The notes under the pieces: generated by a model | What the model saw: only the letters and a program-made list of their open reading frames with translations | What the model was told of the DNA's origin: nothing | Databases searched by the model: none | Position numbers and translations under genes: made by a program | Part shown: positions 24,326 to 38,400 of the stretch, one piece after another | How positions within the stretch are numbered: position 1 is the first letter of the stretch | Layout of the letters: every line of letters begins with the position of its first letter | Source of the DNA: Trichoplax sp. H2 | Taxonomy: Eukaryota | Assembly: GCA_003344405.1 (NCBI GenBank) | Contig: NOWV01000112.1 | Span: 62,001 to 126,000, forward strand | Direction of reading: 5' to 3' | Length of the DNA stretch: 64,000 nt

Positions 24326-27300
24326 TTAAGATTTTTTACCATTGAACTTATGATTAATTTCTGATGCAATAACTTTGGCAATAGCCAGCGACGAAGTTGC
24401 CCCCGGCGATGGAGCATTTCGAACATGTAGAATTAATTGACCGATATTGCCGGGAGGGCTATCGAATATGAAGTCATCGACTAGGTTGCCATCAGTATCC
24501 AAGGCTTGAGCTCTAACACCTGCTGGTCCCCTAATTTAGCAATAAATTAGAATTACAAAATTAAAAGAAAGGTAAGTATTTTTTTGCGACTTTCATTAAA
24601 GTAGACAGTACTTTATTTTTACTACCTGACAACGTCGTCAATTTGAAGCTTTGGGACATAACGCTGCAATTGCTGTATCTGTGCCGGCAAAAAGGCATTT
24701 CTGATTGTTTCTTGAATACCAAATTGCCAATGTTTGCAAAGTAACTTTATTAATCCTTTATTACTGATAGATTCCATTAGTTGTTGAGGATTAATATCAG
24801 TGAAGCGATAACCTTCACGCGATAAAGCCAGTATTGCATTTGGACCGAGCCATACTTCCCCATTTATTTTAGGAGTAAAATGTACTCCTAGAAATGGCAA
24901 ATCAGGATTAGGAACCTATCGTAGGTAATAAATGAAAAAAATATTTTCTTTCAAGTGTGCAGAATTTTTATAAAATCACTAATATCGCGACACTGAAATT
25001 TAAAAATTTTATCTATAGTTAACTAGTGCACTTACCGGATAGATATTACCGTTGATAAGATTACTTTTGTTTTTTCGTAAAACTAAATAGTTTCCGCGAA
25101 ATGGTACAATTTTCGGTTCGGATTCGCATCCTGATTTGGACGCAAGGCGATCGGAATACAATCCGCAACATGTAATGACAAACCTACTTTTGATATTTTC
25201 CTTATGCTGGAGGTAACAACACCGGCGTTAATCTACGATTACTGATGCATACAGTAATATCTTGACAACAATAGACTATAATATTCATTTCCTACTTTGT
25301 CCTTGGCGTGAATAACAATCTGAGGACGTATCTCTATTTGCAAAAACGGTTAAACATCTATCAATCACGTATATTTACATCATACGAATACAGCGGTATC
25401 ATGAAGCAATAGTGACTATTTGGTATTTATTTTGTTAAAAAAATAAGCTTTACGCTACCTGTGGAAGATTTAGAACTTTCTGTGTAATCAAACTTGGTAA
25501 CCTATAAAAAAATATAAGAAGATACTTTAGTTAGGCACGGATAATTTGTTTTACTATTAATTCTTAGATTAACTAGCGCTATTGGTTCGTGTTTCTTTGG
25601 CATAGATAACTAAAAGAGATATCCAAATTAATAATAATTGAAAATAAATGTTTATGACCTCGTAATCTAAAATGATATCACCACCAAAGTTACGAATATC
25701 CTCAGAATAAGACTTCGCTACTTGTCCATAGTCTACAATACCGGTATGAGGAACGTATATAGCAGCAATACCCTGCGATTATGTCAGAAAAAGCACCGAC
25801 TGCTATCTTAATGGATAAGTATTTTATAATTTACTTCCATGAGAAGTTTAATAAAGCATCGAAAAGGTGATTTTGTATTATAAAATTTGCGAGAATTTCT
25901 AAGTCTGAGGAGAAAATGGCTACTTTTATATGCTACGCTATATCGAAAAGGTGAGCATTTTTTGTAATCAATTATATTATCTTAACGTGTACGTATCTTA
26001 GTTTTACGATATTGAAAGAGCTTCTATTTAAATTTACCTCACAGTTTGGCTCTAATACTTTCAGTTCTTCTTTGGAAATCAATCTGATATCGCGAACGCC
26101 ATTTTGCAATCCTCTTTCATAAAGATTCTTTAATCTGGTCATTTCATTTTTTTCTACAGCAACTATAACCTAGATAATAGACTTTAAAAGCTTAGCAATC
26201 TAATGCTGCATATATAAAATTTAATAATTGTTATATAATTAATCAAGTTGTGCAACAACAGTACTCCTTCTCAAAAAACTACCATTGTACTCGTAATGAG
26301 CTAATGCAGGTAAATTAATTATAGCCTCATCGATGCAAAATAAGAAAGATGGAAAGACGTAATTGGACTTCTATTTTACAATCATAGTAACAATGCTGCA
26401 CTTACCTTTCCACACTTTTTGTATTGGACTTTACTCTTATCGCAATATTCATACATTAAATTAGCTCCTTCGACGCATAACTTGGCTTTTAATGAGCCAG
26501 GCACATAATAGACGCCACTATGGATAACACCACTATTATGAGTGGATTGATGCTGAGCTGTATAGGCAAGTTATTAATTCAGGCAAGAATCCTTTAAGAC
26601 TGTGTTATAGTGCATAATATCTAAGGCAATTACTGAATTCAGTATCTCCTATTTATCATATGATGTATATATCATAACCGAACATATTTAAGGTAAAATT
26701 TTACACCTCTATTTTAGAATAGCGTTGCTATCGTCAATGGAAGACCGAAACTGATATAATTTTTCATAGTAGCTTAAATTGGCTATCGGTATAGAATACT
26801 ATAATCCATTACCTAAGAGAGATTCCTTTTCCAGAACTGCCAACTTTAATGTTGGTTGTCTTATTAACAACTCTCTAGCAGTGGCTAAGCCAATAATTCC
26901 ACCACCCACAACAACCATATCATATTGTCTATCAGCATGGCTAATATGAATCGGTTAGTCGATAGAACAAGCATGCATATCTTACACAGTTGTGAAGCGT
27001 ATGATATTCTGTTAGTATATTAACTTGATTAATTAATATGCTCAATTACTCAATGCCCATGCATGTTCGCTTGATGAAATAAATAGCATAGTAGTGATGA
27101 TATTTCAGTTGCTATTGTAAAGAAGACAATGTGGCAGACTGAGATACTCTGATGTAAAAGAGCAGCATTACTAATTGTTGCTCTATCTTACATTAAACCG
27201 TATTTGGCGTTATTCTGAAGAGAAATTTTCTTTCTACAATAATGTATAAACATTTCAGAGTTCTTGCATATACGTTTAAAGTTGGATAAGATTAATATTT

Positions 27301-27742
27301 GAAAGTAAGATTTATGTACAACATATGATAATATACCTTGATGATAACACTCGCATAGATAATTATAATTTGTGCATCTGCAGTTTTGCACCTATGTATA
27401 CCGTTATATACTTAATACAGCAGCATATTAATCAACTGAAGGGATTTAAAGGATGTAGTGGATCATCATCGCAACTAGATGCTGTTCATCAATAAACCCT
27501 CAGTCTTTCAGAGCTATAATCAGTTAATGTTTATGATGATGATGATGAAAAGGAATTGTAAAATTTTGCCCATTCATTAATGATTGTGTTATTTGCGTAT
27601 ATGTATATGTTACGGACTATATACTTTATAGGCGTATACTATATAGATACAGTACATAAATTCAGTACCTGGTATAATTACGAAAGGCTTGAGTAAGTGA
27701 TGATAAAATGCGTGTACCAGGCATGACTTTATTTGCCAACAT
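24326..27742 (-). CDS. L2HGDH: L-2-hydroxyglutarate dehydrogenase, mitochondrial; multi-exon
   Basis: Exon 1 [24 protein letters not shown] resembles a mitochondrial targeting peptide. Later exons give [18 protein letters not shown] (FAD-binding), [85 protein letters not shown] and [17 protein letters not shown]. Stop TAA at 24326-24328. Confidence 0.95.
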
Positions 27743-27985
27743 GTTGATCACTTGTCAATTTCAGGCTAGTTTACTTTTGAGAATGCCATTCAACATCAGT
27801 TTCACGTATAGATTTGCCCTTACTAAGTGTTACTTGATATCTTATTTGTACGAATACAGCTACTGCATAGAGATGTGTTGATCGATTAGCCCCGATTTTA
27901 TTGGGCGTTACCACTGGACTGTACTATAGCAACTTGATTGTAGACTAGCTACGCCTGGGAAGCGCATACGGCATCGTCTATATAA

Positions 27986-29025
27986 GAGCACAGTATGCTA
28001 CCGGATGAAAAATTATTCTGATGGCATCGTTGAGACTGGCACTGGCGTCCAGTGTGGTAATGGCAACTACGTATACGCTATATGGGGGTTGAAGGGGTAA
28101 AACTACAGTATTGACAGTTCAAAATCGTGAGTTGGAGTTCAATTGGTTCTTATTTTACTAGTAATTCATCATGTTAGCAGCTTGCATGTTTGCAGCTTGC
28201 ACGCTTTTATTGCGTACATTGTCTCGTCTCGATGAGAGCACAGTATGCTACAGGCTAATAAAATAAAATTGATTATTTCGATGGCGTAGTTGAGACTGGC
28301 ACTGGCGTCCAGTATGGTAATGGCAACTATGTATACGCTATATGGGTTGAAGGGGTAAAACTACAGGATTGACAGTTCGAAATCGTGAGCTGGAGTTCAA
28401 TTGGTTCTTATTTTACTAGTAATTCATCCTGTTAGCAGCTTGCATGTTTGCAGTTTGCACGCTTTTATTGGGCACATCGTCTCGATGAGAGCACAGTATG
28501 CTACAGGCTGAAAAAATTATTATTCCGAAGGCGTAGTTGAGACTTAGTTGAGACTGGCACTGGCGCCCAGTATGGTAATGGCAACTATGTATCATCATAT
28601 ACAGTAATGGTTACATAGCGCAGTTCATTTCATACTGTGCGTTAATATATTCGTTGAAGGGATAACTACAGTATTGCCAGTTCGAAATTGTAAGCTGGAG
28701 TTCAATTGGTGCTTATTTTACTAGTAATTCACCCTATTAGCAGCTTGCATGTTTGCAGTTTGCACGCTTTTATTGGGCACAATATCTAGATGAGAGCACA
28801 GTAGATGCTACAGCCTGAAAAAAAATTATTCCGATGGCGTAGTTGAGACTGGCACTGGCATCCAGTATGGTTATGGCAACCATGTATCGCTAGATAGGTT
28901 GAAGGGTAACTATAGTATTGACAGTTCAAAATCGTGAGCTGGAGTTCAATTGGTTCTTGTTTACTAGTAATTCATCCTGTTAGCAGCTTGCATGTTTGCA
29001 GTTTGCACGTTTTTATTGGGCACAA
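27986..29025. repeat. Tandem repeat, ~250-305 bp unit, 4 copies, immediately upstream of L2HGDH
   Basis: GAGCACAGTA starts at 27986, 28236, 28489 and 28794. Shared blocks include GTTGAGACTGGCACTGGC and GGAGTTCAATTGG..CTTATTTTACTAGTAATTC. Confidence 0.93.
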
Positions 29026-29044
29026 TGCACTTTTACTACTACAG

Positions 29045-29298
29045 TATACGGAAATTAGCCGTAGCTACTACCATATGCTATAAAGGACTGGCGATATTTC
29101 TGCTTGGCTTGGATCATGAAGGATCGAAGCTATAAAATGCAACGTTCTTTTTAGGTACTACAAGAACATATGCACATATACTTGAATACCTACGCAACCT
29201 TAGATCCAAAGCTAACATGTCAACTGAAATATTATTTAGATTAACCTTAGCGAATTGAGTTGAGAGTTGCGTTGAGCACGCCAAGCATAACCAGCAAG
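29045..29298 (+). pseudogene. Possible decayed death-domain-like exon
   Basis: Between an acceptor-like TTTTACTACTACAG and a donor-like CAAG|GTTTGT, frame-shifted pieces read IRKLAVATTICY / KDWRYF / LGLDHE / IEAIKCN / TTRTYAHILEYLR. This resembles the W..LA..LG.....I..I death-domain pattern by eye only. Confidence 0.25.
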
Positions 29299-29534
29299 GT
29301 TTGTTGTAGACTAGTCCATGTAATTACTAAATTACATGGAATAATCCATGGTGCTGCCAGGAACCAGGGGCTGCTAAAGAGACTCTCTTCTCTCTTTAGC
29401 CATTCCTGGTACTGCCATGTTGATGTTTGAAGTGTTGTTTCACTCACTTCACTTTTTGATACGTGGTTGTTTATCCCAGTTGGTTGACTTGGTTGTTTGT
29501 TTGCCTTTTTCACTCCAGTAAACAGTATTGATTG

Positions 29535-29845
29535 TCCATTGTGCACTGTGCAGTACAGTGTACAGTGTACAGTACAGGGTTCCAGAATGTGCAAAATGTT
29601 CCATACTGTATTGTACTGTTACGACTACACAGTGTACAGTGCACAGTACACTGTACTGTACACTCAACGGTCAGCTGATCCTGGACTTCAGCCATACTGT
29701 ACAGTGTACAGTACCTTAAAGCCTACGGTGTCGCTCAACAATTCACTCTGGGGGTAAAGAGGACTTTGACTGGACTTGTTCCTGAGTACAGTACAATACA
29801 CGATAGCAGTTCCACGGTAACTGACTGACTGACTGACTGACGTGT
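29535..29845. repeat. Low-complexity TACAG(T)/CTGTA and (CTGA)n simple repeats
   Basis: CAGTACAGTGTACAGTGTACAGTACAG, TACTGTACAGTGTACAGTAC and CTGACTGACTGACTGACTGA. Confidence 0.8.
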
Positions 29846-32467
29846 CGCGACGGCAAAACGTTTGTCCGTACAATCTTACGATACTGAAATTCACTGAAAT
29901 TCACTTGGCAGTCAATGCAAGTTTGAAAGGGAAGAATTTTCTGTAGCTGGATTCATAAAATTGGATTGCAGTAGTGCTGCGCTATTGCTAGCCATTAAAA
30001 GGAAAAGGAATTAAATTGGCTGATTATGTTGATTCTTGATGCTGTTAGAAAGGCTTACATGTAGCTAAGATTGGTACAGTTGGCTAGTTTTTCGCCGACA
30101 TTTCCCTGACAGGTTAGTTTGGAAAACATTGCAAAAATTGAATTTTTGTTCACTGAACGAATGAATTCTTTTGACATTAGTCCATCATGGCATAAAATTG
30201 CACTTTCAACGTAATATCTTGTCTATGGATATCCCATGACGTTGTTCATTTTTTCCATTCTGTGGAAGAATAGATTGAACGCTACTTGAGTAAGGAAAAG
30301 TTTCTTGATAAAAAAAAAAAGGACGACTCGATCACTTTCTTGAAGAGTGCAAATTTCCTCGTCCAGTAAGGGTAACAGACCTGTATTCAGTCAACTTTCT
30401 ACCAGTCCACTCTGTAGTCGAGTAGTCAGCGATTTTAACTAACTAGTAAATCAATCAATACCACTGCTAACACATAGGGACTCACTTATGTGGCCTGATA
30501 CTATCTATTAATAGTATGAGTCTACTTCAACGTAGAGAAGAGCATAACCCAACGCCTTCTTCGACGATTGCAGGTGGGACTCTTTGTAAAATTCATATTG
30601 CCTCATAATAATTCGGTACCATACTAAGAATGACTTGAAGTAGTGTACGAGCTATAATTGGACAGCTTGCTATCCCCCCTAGGAAGGTATCATTATATTG
30701 ACGATAGCATAGTAAAGAAACCATTCATAAGGGAAATAGGAGATGATTGCTATGACTTAATAGACCATCATCGATAAAGTATGACAAAAAAATAGGCCTA
30801 CATTGATAAAAGGGTATACTGAATTTCATTTCTATCAGCCATAATACCAATTGCATATATTCAGAAGCCATCTTTCAAAGGCAGATCGCTTTTCATCCGA
30901 ATGGCCAAGTTTGAGTGCAACGCTTGTACTGTAAACGATTACAATTGCTCTGATAATGAACAAGTCAATTATTTAAAGTTGAACTTGTTGATCGACACAT
31001 TTTATCCAATGTATACTACTCATTGAATTCTTATTGCATGCCTACCTATTTCTAATGCTTGGATAGGCGAGTAGACGGAACGATTGGTCAAGTTCTGTAT
31101 TATGATTTACCGTATGTCCATTCACAACGTAAACATCTATAAACTAGTTTTAGTAGGACGAGATGGATACTCGTATACATTATCGATTGCCACTATTTTC
31201 TTCTACGCTTCCTGACTACGAGTGATATTTTTCGCTTACATATGGGCCTGCATATATATAGACAACATAATAAGAAAGAAATGCTATAAAATTCAATTCT
31301 TTACGTTAATGTTTTAATCAAAGCGACTGGTAGTTATGCTTAAATCAACATAAGTCCTCCCTGTCTCCTTCATATGAAGCCATGATAGCAAGCAATTGGA
31401 CATGATGAAGTTGTTACACGCATAGTCTGATTTTGTAGGACTCTGACGCATACTGTACATATCAGCGTAGCACGGTAAGAATTGAATAGTTATTCAAGTT
31501 TTTATCTTATTTTACTTGCGTATCAGTAACAGGGTATTAGTTCAAATGTGCTAGTAATCAAGAAATACAATATAGTCAATCCCATAGAGGTGAAAGATTT
31601 TTTTACCTCGATAATCAAGTCCGTTCGTAAAATCTAGACTTTTCTTTATTGCAATAAAATTGAATTTTACAATTGAACCTTTCTGACTTGAAATCGTTTT
31701 ATTAATGATGATATGTAATCTTATTGATCTTGTTGTTGTACTAGACTCTTTAGCTGTTACCGTCAGTAAATTAAAAGTCTTCAATGTCGTCGACATACAC
31801 GTAACTACCTATACGACTATGATCGATATTAATTTAACCTCCAGTCAGTAATTTAGTTTTCTTGTCTTCGTTTGCATAGAATAATTGCAACTATTATAAT
31901 ATCTGCTTTTTACTATTAATGACCATTCTATGATCGGCGAATCATAACATAACAAGCTTAAGATTAACAATATCTTATTTAATTACTTATTTTTTCGAAC
32001 GTATCCATTAGATTTGTAAGAATTATAATACTGTATACGTGTATTTTATATTCTGAAACACGGCTGCACTAGAGAACCACGTATAAGTATATGTACGCGT
32101 ACAGTGTGATTGTTTAAGCGTTTACAAAGTTTTTGCTAGGTCGTCTAGAAGCAATTCTTATCGGCTTCCCACTTAATTGACACACAAAAAAATGATCTAT
32201 TTCCTTAATACAGTACCATGTAATATAACATTGCATACAAAACTGCAAGTGTTCTTTCAATTAAGAGAAATGTCTTCAAAATTTGGGGATGCATTTTGCT
32301 CCTCCGTGATATATACTGTATACAGTACAGTATATGTATCGCTAACTGATGCTTGAATTCTTACTGCTTATTATAATAATTATTATTGACTAACAAGGTG
32401 TATGATGTTGTTGCTCTATTTTTAATTTATCGGTGTTGATGAATTTTGTTGACGGTGGTAAAGCGAT

Positions 32468-35400
32468 ATGGAGTGGTATGAACAGGACGATACCTTAGCC
32501 AGATTGAAAGGTTGCTTTCGAACGCTGTATCGCAAGGTAATCTAAAGGACTTCATTTCTTAATCTATGATACAGTACTGTACAGTAAAGTATGTACAGTA
32601 CTGTAATAACCCACGTTAAATTATGTAAACAACTTGATAGTGCTACGTATTCACGACGTGATTCCAAGCATCGAAATCTTGACGTCACGATTCGATTAGG
32701 AGAATCGCTTCCATTGATTGCTTATATTATATAAAATAAAATAAAAATCGCTTTGTACAATTGGCATAACAGTCCTCCATCGATACGTACTGTATATGTT
32801 GACACGACATTTAATTTATAAAGAACTAGACCACTTATTTATTTTCTCAAACGATACCTATGTCTCCATTTTTTAATTAACTACTTGACATATGATAAGT
32901 AAGATAAATCTAACTTGATCTCAGTGCATTTCGATGTCTCTCTTGAGGATTGAAACTATTACCACTTAATATCAAATTCTAGTATTGTAATAGCTACCGG
33001 TCCATTTTCTTGACAAAAAAGTAACGCGTTGAACTTTCTTTCGCATCATCATCATATAAATAATCAGTCACAATGTAGGCTAGATTTTGGGGAAGTACTT
33101 CCATTGGACAGCCCAGATCTAGTCTAAAAGTCTAAAGTATAGTTTACTTTTAATACAATTAAGGAATGAGTCAATTCTCTCAAAAACCCCAACAGATGTA
33201 GTCAAATAAATAGATAACTAATTATCTGTATTCATGATCCTACAGTATCCTGGCATCATTAATAATAGTTGCTACTGTTGCCATCATTTAGTTAATTTGT
33301 TGCAGTATCTTTCTGATACAATATGTACACTTATTTGCTCAATATAAGCATTTCTACCATGTCAATATGATATTGTATATTTCTTACTATTAAATAAGTA
33401 AGATAATGACTGCGATCCTAACTAATAGTATGTATTTTGGGGGGATATTACCATCTTACTTGCTTACTACCCCATAAATGCGTAGCCTACCCAGTTTTAG
33501 ATTTCGATATACTTCTTAGGACATTTTTTATCACAATAGTAATGTAGCGCATTAAATTTTAACCTCTTTTCTCTCTAATAATTTAAATCTGCCTAAATTG
33601 TGCCATGTTTGCAATTTAAAGTCAATTGTTGTTATTGTAATAGAGCAACTTTTAAAGCCTCTGTAATAGTCTCTTCATTATCTTGATCTATTTTATTAGC
33701 TAGTCTGGGTGAATATAAATTGTATGGGTATGATATCCCTGCACAATAAGTATACTATCAGTCTCCTTAAGCTACTGAATTGATAAATTTAACTTAGCGC
33801 CTTCATGTCAAACAAAGACAAATTTTTCTCTCGTTCTTGGCAAATCCCTATCAATATGGTCTACATTTTTTTTAAGTATTAGTTTACCCGGTTTCATCAG
33901 ATTTCAACTATTTGCTATAATAAAGCAAATCCTGCTACAGTTGACTTTATAAAGAAGCGGACTAAACAGCGTTTAAAGGAAGGATGATCAACGTACATAA
34001 GAATATTCCATATTGACCGTACCAACCATTGTTGAAAGAATATCCGTGAAAAGACAATGCAAATACAGTTTACATGCATTTACAAGCAGTGGATGCATAT
34101 AAGCCGTACTTCTCTAGGCTAATATCCTGTTACCTTAGCATTAGTGATATAGTATCTTTGTGCTTATTGTAGTATTTTCCGACAACTTCTGGGATTGATT
34201 TTACACTTGAACTATATTGTTGTCGAGATTGACCTTTGTAGAAAATTTGAATTCGCAGTCCGAAAATTCCTAAGTCACTGCGTTGTACCTAAAATTAGTT
34301 GATTGTCCTTGACTAATTCATTATTTAGCGAATAAATGGATATTTCTCCGAAATAGTAATTTATTACTGTATTCCATTTTTTCTATTATAATATTAATTG
34401 TAAACGAGTATGAAGCATAAAAAAAAACTACTGTATTACGGTATTTAGAAATACAGGAAACAGAAGATGCAGTAGAGTTGAATAAATATTTTCTGCTACT
34501 ACAATACCGATGCTAATTTAATTAGAAATCATTATAACTTTACCCTTGCTGGTACTGTATTGGAACACGATAGTACATATTAAATTGACAACGCATTTAA
34601 CGAATTAAATCTGGTGAAATTTGTCTGTGATAGGCTAGTTTTAGATGGAATCGTTATTAGCCATAGCTGTATGATTTTCTTGTTAGACTATAATCTATTA
34701 TAATTATTTATCAGTTATTATCAATTCCCGTAATTCAATGAAGCAAAGGACAGATAATTGGAGTAAATTAGTTGATAATAAATTACTGTAATAGTCTAGA
34801 AATCGCTATGATGATGGTAATAGTATTATTTATTTGTAATTAGAATTGTACAGTATATGCGGTATATTTACTTAAAACTCATTATCTTATGACCTATGAA
34901 TTTTATGATAAATGGTTAGTTGTAGAATTTAGTATTTTTACACCAATGATCAAATTGTAGATTGAAATGAAAGTTTTATTCGTTGCACTAATATGTAATG
35001 GTGGTAAGGTGGCAAAATTATAAAAAACCATAGACTTAGTAACGTAGAAATAATATTAACCTTAAAATTATATATAAAAAACAAGTAGCAACAAAATTTA
35101 AAAAGCATTTCTTAGGTATAATTAATGCAATTCTCACACCACGTGGACAGTTTCTTGCAATTGTAAAAGCAGATGTAGTCGATTAATTAAACAAATGTCC
35201 TGAAGCGATAAAAAAATTTTTCACGCTTCCCTTTTAATTGAATTCTCAATTCATTGGTCTCATGTATATTTTAGTAACCTGGCATGAACTCAAATGGAAC
35301 TTATTAACATACTAGTAAATAATTAACTATCATGTCATTAGATATCATTAGATAAGATATACTCACTCAATACGATCTTAACGGATTAAAATGCCTCTAT

Positions 35401-38400
35401 TCATATGCACAAAGTACATTTTTGATCATATATCAAACTATATTCGTGTAATTATAATCGCTCATTCTTTACAGTGGTATAGTAGGATTCTTTCTTAAAG
35501 ATTAAAAATTAAATGCTGTCGTTTTAATATTAAAACTAAAATTATCTGTGCAATATAATATCAGTCATGGTACTGTACGTAGATAGTATGCACTTATAGC
35601 GCTTTAAAACTGAAAGATAATCCGATGACAACATTTTAAGATTTATCGCAAGTGAACTGATTTATTATGTATGGAATCACTTTTTGACAACTAGTCGTTA
35701 AATCTGTTTTATTTTTTAATCGTATTATTTGCAATCATTTCATTTTATATAAATCAGTTCTTTAAACCTTGTCATAGTCTTGTAAACTACTGTTATGAAA
35801 ATAAAGATACTTCGTCTTCCTATTAGTTTGTATAATCCTGTTTGTGAATATTGAGAAATAATTATTCAATATTCGTATTTCGGATCAGTTTAATTCCCGT
35901 CTATACTTCATTACAATGATTTGATTTGTCCTTAGGACAATTCCCTGCAATACTTAGATCATAAAAGAGTTAATCTGTTGCAAAATTACTAAGATAAAGT
36001 TTTAAAGAATACAGATTATTCGTTTTCCTATCTTTAGCACTTTAAATACTCATTAGTGTATTAAAATTCAGCCTGATTAATTAGTTTTTACTGACTGTAT
36101 GTTGTAGACGATACTACAAGTATTATACTGATAAATTTGAATTATTAAATATTTATATAAATATAGGCGTTGGAAAATGCAATCCCTGACTTAACGATTG
36201 CCGACGAAGGATTAGAGCATTTAGACAAACTAATGATACGATTGCTTGTTATAATATGCGCTTGTTTACCGCATACCGTAGCCGATGTGGAAGAGTATAT
36301 ATTGGACACTTTTCCTAACCCAATCGATGAATCAGTAATTAGTGAAGCTAGAGGGATGTTAGAAAAAGGAAAGAAAAGAAGTCATCTATCGGCCTGCGTT
36401 GATAAGTTCCATTCAGTCCTTCAAAAGGTAATTTCTGCGTTATGTAGCATTATTAAAGTGCTTTACATTGTGTAATTACTTTCATATTGTGTGAAGAATT
36501 TTATACGTTTGCATTTCGGTTTGTAGGATATCCTTTGCTATAAGATAGATCAGCAATTATCCTTATATGTTATAACCGTAGCGGATTACTTAATATGTAA
36601 TATATTGAAGGTATATATGCATGCTTTGAATTTGGATTTTCTAATATTAACTGATGGTTCCCAATAATAATTATTGAAAAATATTACATTATCTCTTATT
36701 TTATACTTTATGTAACAACTTGTTGATCAAAATGTCACAAATGGTAGCTGACTGGTACGTACATCAGAAATATAAAACATACAGAAATTGGCAGTCAAGA
36801 TATTAAAATCGCGATGTTTGCTAATAATCCGTTGCAAGAATTATTTAACCGTGACGTTGACCAAATACATGAGGTATATGCAATATACTCGCCTACTAGA
36901 TTTTTCAGCATTAAGCTATATTATTTGTTTCGTCAATTAATTATAATCATATCTTTATTAGAGACTGTGCAATTTTTTGTTACATCGGTGATATTTAATA
37001 CTTTCTCTGTATACAAAGGAAATGGGTCGAGACACCTTTATTCCTTACGAAACATTGGTAAAAGAGTTACTTTTAGAGGAGCAACAGTTTATTCGGGATT
37101 TAAACCTTATTACAAAGGTACTTTACTAATCAATGGATTATGAAACACCATGAATTTAAATTTTTTCTAATAGATTCTTCAAATTGATATTTGCAAATAA
37201 CGTTAATTACTCAACTACTATTAATCGATCAGATATTTAGAGAACCATTTATTACCGCGGCTCATCTGTTTTCTGAAAGGGTAAGTTCAATCCTCCCTCC
37301 ATTCCTTTTATTCTGTATAAACAATAATCATCATGTTAATGTATTTCTTTACTTTAGGAGGTACAGCGGTTATTTTCCAACGTTGATGACATTTACGAAT
37401 TTTCCGTAAGCTTCCTTGGATTATTGGAAGATACGATTGAAATGGCGGACAATGATACGGAACAATATACTCAAGTTGGTGATTGCTTTTTAGAAATGGC
37501 TGAGGTACAGTATTACTTACTTTTCGGTACGCTAGTTTTATAACTATATATTTAGATCGAACCGTAGATATACCTAGGTATGTCTGCGATGCAATGCAAG
37601 AATGTTCTCGTTTGACTATTAATTTTGTCATAATGTTATTTAGGCTGAAGAGTTTAGCGTGTATGATACTTATTGTACATCCTTAAGGGAATCTTCAAAA
37701 GTTTGGTCAAATATATTACAGAAACCGGAAGTATTAACTTATTGTCAGGTACTGCTTTGCATTTGCTTTCGGCGATGTCATTGAAATATTAATAGTATTC
37801 TATCCTGTACTCTTATTTCTCTTTTGATATTATTACACGTCGCATCACTTTAAACAGATGGTACCTTTTTATTGCCTAATCAGTTTGTAACTAACATGAT
37901 AACTGCATTGCGTAGTTAGTAAGCTGATCGACAGTGTCTTTCTTCTTATAATATTTCTATGTTTACTACCACATTACATAGGTATGCAAGCCAAATATAC
38001 TTGTATACTTATGTTACTTAAAGTGTATGTTATGGTGTACCGTATTTACAAGAAATTCTTTTCTATTAATTATGAACTGTATTGCATTCATTCTATTAAT
38101 GACATTACTTCGATATGATTATGCACGGATGTAATAGCTACAGTTATTATTCGATGACAGTCATATGGTAGTATGTCTTATTTGAAATCTATTCATTTTA
38201 TGCTGGCATAAAATAAGGATCAGTTGTTAATGTATATTTTGCTGATTTATGTACATGCAATTATTTTATGTAACCTTAAATCTTTATAACGCGTATCATT
38301 TTAATATCTGATACTTAAGAATAGAGTATATTGTATTTCATATAGTGCATTCGTACGTCGCATATATTTTTCTTTGTCTTTGCGTGTAAATATATGTTTC

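Noticed and set aside
29247-29894. Overlapping Cys/Thr/Val-rich ORFs on both strands
   Set aside because: They are translations of TACAG/CTGTA low-complexity DNA.
36528-36540. ATATCCTTT resembling another U12 5' splice site in SOS
   Set aside because: It lies within coding sequence (DILCYKID) just after a normal AG acceptor. A similar hit near 13104 has no supporting exon.
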